From: Octopus vulgaris
Lineage: Eukaryota
Length of the DNA stretch: 64,000 bases
Direction: 5' to 3'
Assembly (NCBI GenBank): GCA_951406725.2
Contig: OX597820.1
Location: 75,082,001-75,146,000 of the forward strand
How positions within the stretch are numbered: the first letter of the stretch is position 1; every line of letters begins with the position of its first letter. Of the stretch, positions 24,427 to 39,262 are shown one piece after another. The notes under the pieces are model-generated. The model did not search any database. It saw nothing but the letters and a program-made list of their open reading frames with translations, and was not told the origin of the DNA. A program made the translations under genes and the position numbers.

Positions 24427-24772
24427 ACTCTTTTACTTGTTTCAGTCATTTGACTGCGGCCATGCTGGTGAACTGCCTTCAGTCGAGCAAATCGACCAAA
24501 TCGACCCCAGGATTCATTCTTTGTAAGCCTAGTACTTATTCTATCGGTCACTTTTGCGGAACCGCTAAGTTAGGGGAACGTAAACACACCACCATCGGTT
24601 CTCAAGTGATGTTAAGGGGACACAGACACACAAATATATACACAAATACATACATACATATATATATATATATATTTCTTATATATATATATATGTATGT
24701 ATACACATATATACGACGGGGTTCTTTCAGTTTCTACCAAATCCACTCACACAAGGATTTGGTAGGCTCGAG
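24427..24772 (-). mobile_element. SINE family A, 5'-truncated
   Basis: CTCTTTTACTTGTTTCAGTCATTTGACTGCGGCCATGCTGG tail plus the internal microsatellite. Confidence 0.85.
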
Positions 24773-24809
24773 GCCACACACACACACATATATATATACA
24801 CACACACAC

Positions 24810-24863
<54 letters not shown>

Positions 24864-25139
24864 GTATATATACAGAGAGAGAGAGAGACAGACAGACAGA
24901 GAGAAATATGTTTTTCAAAAAGTTAAGATTAAGAAAATAAGTTTTTAGAGATTAGAGTGGTACTAACCATACAATAGCCGTAATACGTACTTGGTAATTT
25001 TGAGAACTGAAAGCGCTTGCACATTTATTGAAGCCTATATACAATTTTTTAAATTCCTTCCTAAATGCTAGAACAATTCTACTCTCTAAAATGTTTTTTT
25101 AAAAGTTTCTTTCTCTAAATATCATAAATACACACACAC

Positions 25140-25199
<60 letters not shown>

Positions 25200-25401
25200 A
25201 CCACACACACACACATACATACATATATATATATATATATACACACACACATACTTTGGGCTTCTATACAGATTCTGTTTACAAAATTCACTCTGAAGTC
25301 ATTGGTCTTCCTGGAATCTCGATGTGACTCGCCGCACACTGGACTGAGGACCAGACGTGGTTCCAAGACGAACTTCTTAGCTACACAGCTACGCCTTCGC
25401 T

Positions 25402-25478
<77 letters not shown>

Positions 25479-25921
25479 TTTATTTTGTTTATTGTAAAAT
25501 GAAGACGTGCTGCGTTGAAATTAATTGTGCCAGTTTCGAGATACAGAACAAGAAGAAGAAAAAAACATCATGGGAACTGAACCGAGTGTTACTTGAGATA
25601 GCCACGCTGTGTTGTTTATTTCTTAGCTATCATTTCCAAAGCGCATTTCCTTTGTCATTAGCAACATAGCAATATCACTACTTACCTATTACATGCCATT
25701 AATTGGATTCATCTTCCACGACTCTTCCACGACAAAAGCATATTTACAAACTAGAAGTTAGCATTACATGTACATGTAAGCATAAGCATGCATCGAAGTG
25801 TATCATATATATATATAAATATTCACATATATGTATGCATATACATATATATACATATATATATATATATGTGTGTGTGTGTATATGTATATATATATAT
25901 ATATGTGTGTGTGTGTATATG

Positions 25922-25956
<35 letters not shown>

Positions 25957-26000
25957 TTACGTATGTATGCATGCATACATCTATATACACATGCATAGAT

Positions 26001-26128
<128 letters not shown>

Positions 26129-28354
26129 TATTTAAGTAAACTAAATGGACAGCTAGATAAATATGCATATGTCAAATGCTGTTACATTCTTAATATCCAG
26201 TAAATTGCGTTCACTTATGCAAGAATATATTTCAGGAAAATGAAGATGTGTAAATTTCTATATTACTTGGATCATTAAATGAATAAGACTTTCCTTATTT
26301 TCTATATTTATATCAATTAACAGCATCCATTGAGTTGTCAGAATAACAAGAACGACTCTATACGAGAGCATAGTATTTCTACTCCAGTTCCGACTTTCTC
26401 ATCGAAGAACTAGCGCTGAATATATTTGCAATGTTTCTTATACAAACATGGCAACAAGATAATCAATTCTCGTTCCCATATCCTGTTGCCTTAAGATAAT
26501 TGCTGTTTCAATAATCACATCAAAGATGGCTCATTTCCAAATAAATCTATTACATACTGTCAGTTTGTAATTGGCTAAGATTGATAAATCTGGCTTCTTG
26601 TCAACGTTTCTCTAATAGTAAGAAATATAGCAATTCTACTCCTGCTCACTAGTAAGGCTACTACAAGCTGCAACGATATTGTAAATGTAGAATCCGAATA
26701 GAAATTAAATTAATACATAATTTGTGAAAACAGAACCGCAGAAATACAAGTAGGAGGATCTATATTATGGGTCTAGTATTATTTTATTTATGATGAACAT
26801 AAAATTAGAAAAATGGTGACGAACAAACGATTTAAGTTGCATTGAAAGATTTAATTTATGTTGTCTACATTTAATATATAATTATTATATAGCCCTGACG
26901 TATCTTCGTTGATGTTCAGTTTGTTTCAAGTTTTCTATCAGGTGTCTAATGTTAGAATAATTCAATGAATTCTTTTGTTTGGCCATCTTTCCCATTAATC
27001 TGACAGACGATTCTGCGTAAGCCATGAATGGTGAATTTTCTCCTCTCAGTGGAGTCCAAGAGTTCGTAGAACCCGTTTGAAATATTGATTTCGTGTTACA
27101 TTGGGATTTTTTCTAAATAGAATTTCGTTACACAAAGGTGAAATGTTATCCTTTTCGCTGTCGCCACCCCCAAAATATGGAATGATATTAAACATTGAAA
27201 ATGGTTTTGCCATCATACACTGTATATGGGTAACACTTTTAATTTCCCTTGAATTTTTCAAAAATAGTCAAGGGAGATTATATTCACACGCATTATTCAT
27301 GTTATTACCTTACTTCACAACAAGGTAATTATAACATCTAATTGCTACCTTGCTGAGGCATTTAGAAAAACAAATGCAATGCTTCTCTTTCTCTCTCTCT
27401 CTCTCTCACACACAACAGACAGACACACACATACACACAGACAAACACACACACACCCACATACATATATACACACGATGGGCTTCAGCAGGTTTCTGCC
27501 CTCCGTATACACTCGCAAGGGACTAATCGGCTCGGGCCTAACTAGAAAAGTCATTTGCTCTCAAGTGGCTGCCCAGTGGAGCTGAAACAGAAAACCCCAT
27601 GGCTGCAAAACTAATTTCTGAGCCACATAAACGAGTGTGCAACTATTCCTATGAATGTATTTGGATCAATAGACACGTTACACCTATTTTTAGATACCTG
27701 AATTTTATCAAAAATTAACAATATCTTTATTAGAAATATTTTCTAACAACTTCCCCATTGATTGCATATTTGGTGGAAGGTCATCAATGTCATAAATATT
27801 TTGAAACGCTCTTAAACATAGTGTAGCTACGAAAGATAAATTATCTCGAGCTTTGATTTTATGGACAAATATTTGAGATTTATCAATGGATAATAGAAAA
27901 GATTATATTGATAAATATTCGTTATGTTGAAAATTTCAGTCGAGAATTTGGCAGAGATATAATTCTCATTTGTCGTGATGTTTCCTTCGGGCGTTTACTT
28001 TTTTATTTTTGAAGAATACGAACGTAAAATCATTCATTTTATCAACAACGATTGCATATACAAGATAATATATTCTACCCATAGGCTAAATGAATTCTTG
28101 TCCATATCCTTTGAGATTTTTTGATAGATACATCGGATATTGTGTCAAGATAAGTGCAAGAAACAAAAAGTGTTTAAACGCACATACACACACACACACT
28201 CACACATGCACACCACACACATCCATACACACATCTACACACACACACATATATATAATACACACCTACATATATATACATATATATACAGACATACATG
28301 CATACATACATATATACATATACGCATATATATATATATCTATATATATCTATA

Positions 28355-28485
<131 letters not shown>

Positions 28486-29339
28486 GTATGTATGTATATA
28501 TGTATGTATGTATGTATGTATATATACATATGTATTCATATGACTACCAATCAGTAGTGAAAATTACTACACCGTATATTCTCCATCCTATGCGATGTAT
28601 TTACATCATCGATGAACCAAACACGCGAATTGTCTTTGAAAACTTCATTTTTGTTCATTTGTACCTACCTCTTTGTAATCATTTTCATCTCATCTACGTG
28701 AACAAGTCTTTGTACCCAAAAGCGGTTTTTCACCCGACCGAACATGTTGAAGCTGAAGGGCACTAGATGCGGTCTGTAGAATGGACGGAGGACAACTAAT
28801 TACAATTGATTTTCTGTTGGTCTGATTTGTTCCCTAAGAGTTATACTCTGGTGCACTTTCATGAGTTACATGAATCGCCTAATTTCTGCGCAGACCCGTT
28901 TGGCATTTCCTGTGTAACGATCACAGTTACCAGCTCAAAAACGTTCAAGAAAGTGAATGTGAATGAATTTCTTGTAATCTCTTTAAACTGTCATGATGAC
29001 TGTATGTGCTGATTGTTGGCTCTTGAAGATTTTAGGCTTTGGAGAAGATCTGAGACGCCATTTTATGTACTAAGCTTACGTTTTTCGGTAGTAAAGTTAC
29101 GCTCGCATTCTATCCCTTGAGACCAAATCGAGAAAGATCGTATCTTTATCTTTCAACACCTCAGAGCAGTCTACTAAACATCTCCTGTTCAAATCGGATC
29201 GTATTTACAGAATTGCTCTATTTGAACACAGTCAATAATACCCAAGATCTTCCAGTCGTGGAGCAATCTCATAGCCAATGGTGTCAATAAGACGAAACAC
29301 ATCATCTCCCACTGCGTATATTTTCTTCAATGCTTCTTA

Positions 29340-29710
29340 AACGTCTCCTAGCCACATAGTTCCAGGTTCAATGACAATGCGTGTCTTGTACAAGTGTGTT
29401 GTGCTATAGCCACGAACCGACCAATACATTGTGAGTGGATTAAGTTGACGGAAACTGAAAGAAACCAATCCAGTATGTGCTTGTGTGCGTGTGAGAATGT
29501 GTGTCTTTGTGCGTGTGTTCGCACTCCAACGGCCTGACAAAGGGTGTTGACGTTCATACGTCCCAGTAAATTAGCGATTCTGAAAAAGAGACTTCTAGAA
29601 AAAATACCTAACTTGAAAAAAAAAAAAAAAAGAAAAGAAAAATGCCAAGGTGATACACCAGAATGGCTGCAGACAAATGAATGAAGCAATTAAAAGACGA
29701 AAGTTAAAAG
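29340..29710 (+). mobile_element. SINE family A, diverged
   Basis: CCACATAGTTCCAGGTTCA...GTGAGTGGAT...GACGGAAACTGAAAGAA. Confidence 0.7.
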
Positions 29711-29948
29711 AGAAAAGAATGAGTTAACATTGCTCTTTCTAATGGTATCGTCTTTGAAAGGATTATATACCCTTGAACGGATGACGGAAAACCTACCATC
29801 CCACTTCATCTTCAAGAACTCATTGAAGATTAACAGGAATAACATTTACTATACCTGGCAAATTACTATAGCAACATAACCAATTTGCACGACCTAAGTC
29901 GGTTCATAGTATGTATGGTAAATATTTCTGCGTTATGCATGGTGTATT

Positions 29949-29998
<50 letters not shown>

Positions 29999-30027
29999 TA
30001 TATATATATGTGTGTATATATATATAT

Positions 30028-30108
<81 letters not shown>

Positions 30109-30111
30109 TAT

Positions 30112-30159
<48 letters not shown>

Positions 30160-30181
30160 TTAGATAGACAGATATTCTTTT

Positions 30182-30397
30182 ATTCTCTTACTTATTTCAG
30201 TCATTTGAGTGCGGTCATGCTGAAGCACCGCCTTTAGTCGAGCATTTCTTGGTGGGCTAGCACCTATTTTATCGGTCTATTGTGCCAAACCGCTAATGTA
30301 CGGGGACGTAAAGACTCCAACATCAGTTGCCAAGAGATGATGGGGGTACAAACACATAAACACACAAATATATATACATATATATATATATATATAA

Positions 30398-30459
<62 letters not shown>

Positions 30460-30602
30460 GACGGGCTTCTTTCAGTTACCGTCTACCAAATCCACTCAAG
30501 GTTACAGCACAATACATAAGTCCAAGTTGCCGCGCAGTGACACTAAACCGGCAACCATGTGGTTAGGAAGCAAACTTCTCACCAAGCAATCACGCCTGCG
30601 CC
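30182..30602 (-). mobile_element. SINE family A, near full length
   Basis: Tail at 30182, head ...CACGCCTGCGCC at 30602, with an internal (TA)n tract. Confidence 0.85.
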
Positions 30603-31663
30603 ATTATATATATACATGTTGGACTGTAGCCATGCAGAACATTCCCTTTGAACGCTAGTAATTGACCATATTGGCGTGGGGATCCTTACGACCCGAGATA
30701 TTGGATCCACACGCCAACATTGTCAATTAGCAGCGGCCACAGGGAGACAATCCCTTGTTGTTGACAGAATAACGAAGTCTTTTCTTTCTCCATTTACTAG
30801 AGAGGCCACTTGCTAGAGAGGGTATATGAAGAAACGCTTCAAAGTTAAGCGTTTTATGGACGTGAAACTCATGGCAAACCTATAAACCTGTCATATCTAC
30901 CGTTATGTATGTATGTATGTATGTATGTATGTATGTATGTATGTATGTATGTATGTATGTATGTATGTATCTATCTATCTATCTATGTGTGTGAGTGTCT
31001 GTATGATCTGGTGTGCGTGTGTGTCTATGTATATATGCATACCGGTATATACGAGGGTCATAGAGGTAATGAATGAGGGTTGGTTAGATTGACAGATTCA
31101 TTTCTAAGCTAAGTGGTTGAACTATCATAACAGGATATCTTACTTGATAAAGTATTGTCTAAAACAAAACTATTCGATATCCACAAATACCACATTGGAT
31201 TAATTCCACAATCTGTCCAGCTTGATTTTCATGCACAAATGTATGGTTATTTGATTGTGTCACTTTTATTTTTATTCATATATATATATCTATTATACTC
31301 TCTGCAAAGATTCTTACAGTAAATCGATTTGATTGGAAGCTAATGTGGATGTTGAAAGTAGTGACAGTTTTAATCAATAGCAAGCTTTCTCTGCGACAGC
31401 TTTTGCTAAGGAATGTAAAAGCAATTGCTGAACATTTGCTATTGTTTCTCTGGAACCGAGGTCGCTGGATGGTGAACTGGGAATTATGTATTATTAAGAT
31501 AGCGTTTGGTTTGACGGGGGTTTAAATATTTTTTGTACACTGTCTGATATCCATAATAAAAATATCTCAATTGTGAAACAGTTCTCTGAGATTTAGTATT
31601 AGTTCGGTATGAAATTTGACATTTCAGTCATAGAATACACACATACACACACACGTGTGCATG

Positions 31664-31715
<52 letters not shown>

Positions 31716-31721
31716 CATACA

Positions 31722-32535
31722 TAGGTCTGATCAATAAGTATCCGGACTGTTGCCATAGTAACAAAGCTTAAAACATACAGAGTGAAGTCGATTGGCACAG
31801 ATTGACCTTAAACTCTGCTGTGCATGCGCACTACGTTTTAACGTTCTATCTTACTTCCGTTGTTTACAGCAGTACCTGGAATGAAAGTATGTAGCGTGTC
31901 ATCGTCACATTCACCATGACAGAGAAAGTTGAGCAGTATATCTGCGTCAAATTTTGCCAAAAGTTTGGCGATTCCTGTTCACAGAACTACGCAAGTTTTC
32001 ATACTTCTCGATATAACGACAGATATTTTGTGCAACTGAAACCCTGGCATCTTTCTCGTCAACAGAAAGCTGTTTTGGCACAAACGTGGTGGACACGCTC
32101 TCATATCAAATCTTCAGTGATAATGGACTGAACTGAACTGCAACTAACTTGCACATCCTTTGATAACTCAAGGATTGCGATTCGACGATTTCACCTCACA
32201 GCTGCACGCAGATCTGTGATATTTTTCACGGTGCTCCTGGTTGCGGAATTCCAGCACGTTCGTCAGTATCGATATTTTTACGAGCCATGTAGGAAACGTC
32301 TGAACCCCTCGTACGCTTGTGTGCGTCTCATTCACTCCTTTCCATACACTTTCTGCAACTTTGTGTAGGCCTCTGAGCATGTATCGCCATAACATCTTTT
32401 ACTGTCATAGTCAATGCGACGATCACGCTCTATACACTTTCGTTCTAAGTACTGCTGTAAACAGCAGAAGTGAGCTAGGACGTTCAAATTTAATGCGCAT
32501 GCACATCAGAGTTCAAGATTAGTCTGTGCCAAGTG
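31722..32535. mobile_element. Mariner-derived foldback made of two inverted 5' ends
   Basis: On plus, a TIR-like GGTCTGATCAATAAGTATCCGGACT precedes the ORF start MTEKVEQYICVKFCQKFG (mariner N-terminus). The 31790-31920 leader is mirrored at about 32405-32535 and followed on minus by decayed HTH-region codons. Confidence 0.8.
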
Positions 32536-32855
32536 ATATTCTTTGATATCTCTTATTTCCATTCCGTGGATCATATTGAAACCACGTGGTCTCCATTTCT
32601 AACATAATATTTGCCTTTTCGGCAAGGAAGTGTTTTCCAGCATTGCGTCGTGTCCGCTCGGGAGTCCAAATTTAATCTGGGTAGACGGACACGATTCAGA
32701 AAACAGCCGAATGGGTCTCAATATTCTTAGCTTCTAGACTTAATCTTTTCTCAGGTTCAACACAACGATCGACTTTAGTAGAGAATCAAACCATATAGTT
32801 GATGAGTGTTTGGGATTTTTCTCTAATTCTCACTTCAATTCTCTCGTAATATATT

Positions 32856-33068
32856 CGAGAGGGTGCTGAAAAGATTCTGACTTTAAGGGTATTGGACAGG
32901 CCTGGTTGGAGGCCCAACATTCCGAGTTCTTTTACAAGACTTTAAAAAAATGAAGGACCGCTGCAGTACGTGAAGGAGAGAGGGGAATATGTTCACTAAA
33001 ATCGTAATTGACAGGTCCTTCATTTTCTTCGTTTTCGCCAAAACCAGGAACGTTTTAGCACCTCCTCG
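32856..33068. mobile_element. Short mariner-type MITE
   Basis: Imperfect TIRs CGAGAGGGTGCTGAAAAGATTCTG / CCAGGAACGTTTTAGCACCTCCTCG-TA. Confidence 0.75.
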
Positions 33069-33368
33069 TATACTGTAATAATAACGAAGCAACATTTTTG
33101 CTTCGCGGGGTGTGTGTCGATCTGAATGAAAGGAAGTAAAATATATTTGCCAGAGAGAAAATGCATATAAACAAAGATAAATAAGCTATGGCTAAGCACA
33201 TTTGGTCTAATCTCACACTCAGGAAGCAATATCATTTATTTAAACTCTTTTTTAATAAAACAATATATACGCCTGTCAATTAATTATTGTGATACTACAA
33301 TTTAAGCGATTCAGTTGACTTTAAACTTTGTAATAACAAAGGGATGCATATTCAGAATATATATATGT

Positions 33369-33399
<31 letters not shown>

Positions 33400-33400
33400 C

Positions 33401-33461
<61 letters not shown>

Positions 33462-33469
33462 CAATAATA

Positions 33470-33842
33470 ATAAAGGGTAAAATTAATTAATTAATAATTA
33501 ATAATTTTTGCCAAGTACTTCGGTATGTTAAAAGAACCATTACCGGTAAACTTATACAAAAATTCTATAACTATGAGTATAATTATAATTAGGGTTCAGC
33601 AAAACTTGCTTCGCCACATACCGAAATTTAGAAATGGCAGTTAAAACCTACTATTCTACTACTATAAGATATCTCCCAGGTATATACCTGCGTGAGTTGT
33701 TGAATATTGCTATCTGAGAGGTATCTTGTGGTAGTAGAATAGTAGTTTTTAACTGTTATTTCTAAATTTCGGTATGTGGTGAAGCAAATTTTTGCTGAAC
33801 TCTAATTATAATTATGCTCATAATTATAGAATTTTTGTATAT
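33470..33842. repeat. PLE-terminus-like element folded into a ~128-bp-arm inverted repeat
   Basis: 33553-33680 is the reverse complement of 33714-33841. A single related copy lies at about 55980-56190 in the opposite orientation. Both abut (TA)n. Confidence 0.8.
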
Positions 33843-35399
33843 ATATAATGATAATATTTAAGTAGTTTCATGTTCAAATTCATTGGCAGCAAAATGAACT
33901 CTAGAAATCTAATAATCTGATGAAATACTTTTAATTTTATGAATATATTGCAGTAAAATATTTCATTACGAGAAATATGAGGAAGCCCTATATACAATAA
34001 TAGAAACTACTTTTCTCAATTACATGAAGCTTTAAATTATCATCGAACGGTGTAAACGTTGAATGGGATTCGAAATTATACTGGAGTTGTTAAAGCACGT
34101 TACATTTCCATATTTAATCATCAGCATGGCTTCCTTAGGAAGACATTAATATCTTGCGATATTTCCAATTTAATCCGATTTAAGCTGTTCAATTTGAAAG
34201 CATTCTACAATTAACAGTAAACAATCGCTATGTCAAACAGCATAAAGTGTCTGTCTAATATCCCCAGAGTTGTGCGCGTGTATCTTCATCAATTGTGCAG
34301 TATTTTCACTTTGGGAAATGCATAATTATATTCCGGTTTTACTCTTACTATCTGAAATTCAATTATAATAGACTATTCCATAAGTCATTGCAAACTCTGA
34401 AAATTTCATAAACTAACTCTACGATAGATTAATGGCAGATAATTTAAACATTGGTGATGTATTGTGTGAAGCCTACCATTACTAAACTGAACAAAGGCAA
34501 GCGAACAGACGGCAGAGGGACAACTGTGCTTATTAATGTAGATTAATTATGAAATCTGAATTATTTATCGCGTTGAACTTTTTAAAAACTACACAGAAGG
34601 TTTATTTCTAATACCAAGTTTTGTTTGTGATTTGTATTTTCTACATCGCATAGATTTATATGACATCATACGCTTGCTAGATAATATATTTTACGTGTTC
34701 AATATCCGCTAGAACTTGCGAAGAAGTAGATATTGAAACAGTCTTATAAATGTATGAATATGTCTCTCAGTTTTTACAACGTTGAAGTCTGTGAGCTGGC
34801 AAAATCATTAAAAATGTCAAGAAAAAAAAAGCAATTATTCGGTGATATTTCTTCTGGCTTTTTACGTCCCCGGTTCAATTCTTACAGAAGCCAATTCTTA
34901 CAGAAGCCAATAAAAAATCAGCTACCAGTCAATACTGCTATCGCTGATATTGACTATTGTTTTCCCTGTAAAATTAGTGGCCTTGCAATCAAGTTAGACG
35001 CAATTATTCTAAGAGAGAATGTTATGTCTAATTTCACATTCTAAATTTCCATTTTTATACTGGTACGAAAAGCTCTCTCTTTAAAAGAAAAAGTGGGGCT
35101 ATGAAGCTTACCCGTGTGACACGCTATATTGATCATTGAATCTACACACTAGGGTGGTGCATCGTGGCTTAAATTACTTTTCGACTCTGTCTGTGTGCCG
35201 CTTAATTGGTATCTTCGGTCATAATTAAATGCTCAATTATTTTGTGGATGGTAGCCTTGCTATTGTAAGTTCCTTTCAGTGGAACGTGTTGTTACTCCTT
35301 CACGAATTTCCAGTTAATTATATGAAATTATACCGCGCCAGCCTGACATTCAATATTTTCCTTTATTTACGTGACAATCACGTAATACCCACACAAAAT

Positions 35400-35775
35400 G
35401 TGGAGGCACAATGGCCCAGTGGTTAGGGCAGCGGACTTGCGGTCGTAGGATCGCGGTTTCGATTCCCAGACCGGGTGTTGTGATTGTTTATTGAGCGAAA
35501 ACATCTAAAGCTCCACGACGCTCCGGCAGAGGGTGGTGGCGAACCCTACTCTATTCTTTCACCACAACTTTCTCTCACTTTTTGTTTCAGTTGTAGGTGT
35601 ATTTCAAAGGGCCAGCCCTGTCACACTCTGTGTCGGGCTGAATATCCCCGAGAACTACGTTAAGGGTACACGTGTCTGTGGAGTGCTCAGCCACTTGCAC
35701 GTTAATATCACGAGCACGCCGTTCCGTTGATCGGATCAACTGCATCCCTCGTCGTCATAACCGACGGAGTGCCAC
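35400..35775 (+). mobile_element. tRNA-derived SINE family D (shares its 3' tail with family B)
   Basis: Head GTGGAGGCACAATGGCCCAGTGGTTAGG...GGTTTCGATTCCC, a distinct middle, and tail AACTACGTTAAGGGTACACGTGTCTGTGGAGTGCTCAGCCACTTGCACGTTAAT as in family B. Confidence 0.85.
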
Positions 35776-37223
35776 GGCTTTTTTGCAAGCTACTGCATAT
35801 CTATGTGATTATCTGTGATTTTCATGACTAATACACACCATTTATTTTGAAATTTTCTTGGAAAAATACGAAAGGAATTTTCTGATAAATACTTTAGTTA
35901 AATTGTAGAGCAACAGAAGTTCCTGTCTACACAAAATGAATACTTTAAACTGTTTTATGGAAAGTTTTATTAATCCACGACCTTCGATAGAAACTTTTAT
36001 TAACAAGAGTCACTCTGTCGCGTGAAAATGTGAACCCGAATCTTAGAGTCTTAACAAATAACAAAAGGCTTTTTTATTCGATGCTTTAAATATCTGAAAG
36101 ATCACACACTTCATATACATTTCTCGTATTAAAGTTGTTGTTTCGTAACCTGATTCAAATATTGCTGGAAGCGATGCAGTTTGTTGATGGAGACCCAATA
36201 TATTTATCAGCAAGAATAATAATACCCACATACAAAGCCCCCCATTACTACAGCATCATTTGAAGTAGCGACTTACAGAGCACTTTCACTTTGAAAGCCA
36301 GCCTAATATGAAGTGAAATGTTCTACAGTAGGCCTATTTATATTCTTGACAGATTTAACATTATTTTGGCTCTAATCCAAATAGCCATTTAATCATTATC
36401 CTTCTCTCATTTGTTTGCGATGGTAACTGACGTCTTAATTGTCTGTGTAAGTATTATCATCACATCAAAGAATAATAAATCTGAATTAAGAGTAATTCAG
36501 ATGAATTATTTAGGAAGTAAGTTGAGGGAATATAATATAAAGCTCAGAGGACAACAAAATACATACCATTTTGGATGCTTTCCAAGTTTTACATAAAATA
36601 AATTTTAAGTATGGAATGACTTTTATATGAAGGCTATAGCATTTTGAAATTGTTAAGCCCGTGTTTATGTAACTCATAATATCATGATGTGCTAACATAA
36701 ATCTTTCTTTTCTGACTGAGTGATAGAAGACAGGATAACAATGTGTTGCTCTTATAACCCGTGTCATTTCATATTAATGGTTTATAACTAATAGTCTCTT
36801 TAAGTAATTTCTTAAGAAGTAAATACTTAGTAAATACGTTTGGAACTTGTGTTAAATTATTATCATGCTATAAATATTTATAAAACTAAGTTGGAAGATT
36901 TATAAACGAATGCATGGAATAAATTTACAATCAATATAAAGCAATACAAACTCTATGATAGTTTTTACAAAGGTTGCTTTCCATCGAAGCCCAAATATTC
37001 GGCCGCAAACGAATGTCTGATTGAAGGTTTCGTTTCATTAGTTGTCACTGAAGCGCAGCAGGAAACCTCTACATAACCCCACCCACATCAAAAGCTCCAC
37101 CTATTTTTGGCTGCATATAGTTCATATCACTGTTATTTACAGAATGTGTTCTTTCACCCAGAATCAACAAATGTTATATAGTGCCTATAACTCAAATATT
37201 AATAATTTTTTTCATTTTCTCAC

Positions 37224-37625
37224 GGCCGTGTGGTAAGTAGCTTGCTTACCAACCACATGGTTCTACGTTCAGTCCAAGTGCGTGGCACCTTGGGCAAGTG
37301 TCTTCTACTATAGCCTCGGGCCGACCAAAGACTTGTGAGTGGATTTGGTAGACGGAAACTGAAAGAAGCCCGTCGTATACATGTATATATATGTACGTAT
37401 GTGTGTGTATATGTTTGTGTGTCTGTGTTTGTACCCCCAGCATAGCTTGACAACCGATGCTCGTGTGTTTACGTCTCCTTAACTTAGCGGTTCGGCAACA
37501 AAGACTGATAGAATGATTAGAAGGCTTACAAAGAATAAGTCCTGGGGTCGATTTGGTCGACTAAAGGCGGTGCTCTAACATGTCCGCAGTAAAATGCCTG
37601 AAACAAGTAAAAAGAGTAAAGAGAG
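37224..37625 (+). mobile_element. SINE family A, near full length (best reference copy)
   Basis: tRNA-like head GTGTGGTAAGTAGCTTGC...GTTCAGTCC, CACCTTGGGCAAGTGTCTT, internal microsatellite, and a (GAGTAAA)-type tail. Confidence 0.9.
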
Positions 37626-38128
37626 TGGATTAGTGTTTGTCTTAATGCGTTGCAACTCTTCTATCTATCAGAAGAAATGGATTTTCTTGGTTGTTTCCAA
37701 AGCTTTATCCGGTAAAATGCCTCCTCCTTTTCTTGCTGAAGTATGACCTATTTCACAATAAGTCTGTTCATATTTCTTTTAGATATTTTCTCAAGTATAT
37801 ATGTGCATGTGAGTCTCTGCGTGTGTGTATGTGTGTGCTATGGAGAGATCATCTTGAAGAGTTTAGTTGAACAAAATGGCCCTCAGGCCTTTGTTATTAA
37901 GTTTGAACCACTAGTTACAGGTACTCTGGCAGTCAAATGAAGGATAAAACACAAATACCTATACCCATCCTTCCATCCACATATATATGTATATCACCGT
38001 GATCACTGTGACCGACCAGGCTATCAGATGCTGCTACACATCGCTGGTCATAATGCGCTTCGCATTGTTTTAGCCTTTAAATGACGCCACCCCGCTGGCT
38101 AGGCGAGCAGGCCAATATATATATACAT

Positions 38129-38165
<37 letters not shown>

Positions 38166-38186
38166 CGTATATGTATATATATATAT

Positions 38187-38258
<72 letters not shown>

Positions 38259-38639
38259 CGTGTGCGCGTATTATGAATATGTCCGTATATTTATGAGTAT
38301 ATAGAGAGGTGGTTGAATATTGTATATACACGCATCTGCGTATCTTGACTCTCGATTGCTGTCCTCGATTTTAAAATATTTGATTCAGATGAATCCCCAA
38401 AATAACAAATGTACATTGTTACGTTAAGAAGCGATGTTTGGTACACCAAATTTCGACACATGTCACTTACAATAAACTACTTGATATATATCATAATATT
38501 CCCCTCTGCTGATTCATGTTGTAAAAAGACTTACGTAATGGAAGCCTTTGCTATTTATATTACACAGACCTGAAATATACTAATGAAATGCTTTCTTCAT
38601 ATTACTATTTGGTTTGACTTCATTATTATAACTATATAT

Positions 38640-38870
38640 ATTCCTTTACTTGTTTCACTCCTTTAACTGTGGCTTTCATGGAGTACTGCATTAGTCGAAC
38701 AAATCGACGGGTTTCGTTCAATTTCTGTCGATCAAATCCACTGACAAGTATTTGGTCGGCGTGAGGCCATAATATAGGACACTTTTGAAAGGTGCCACGC
38801 AGTGGGATTGAATCTGGAACTATGTTGCTAGGAAGCAAGTTTCTTGCTTCTTGTCACACAGTTTCACCCG
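38640..38870 (-). mobile_element. SINE family A with internal deletion
   Basis: Tail CTTTACTTGTTTCA joins directly to AAATCCACTGACAAG...GGTGCCACGCAGTGGGATTGAA. Confidence 0.7.
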
Positions 38871-39032
38871 TGCGTAAATATATGGGTATGTATGTATGTA
38901 TGTATGTATGTATGTATGTATGTATGTATGCATTAAATGGATGTTTACATATATACATAGATAAATACATATATATATATGTATATGGATAGATAGATAG
39001 ATAGATAGATAAATAGATAAATAGATAGATAA

Positions 39033-39090
<58 letters not shown>

Positions 39091-39154
39091 GGATAGACAT
39101 ACATACAGACATACAGATAAATAGATAGATAGATAGACAGACATACAGACATAC

Positions 39155-39262
<108 letters not shown>

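Noticed and set aside
37994-38115. GC-richer ~120-bp island between (TA)n tracts
   Set aside because: It looks like the extreme 3' end of a LINE on minus but is too short to classify from sequence alone.
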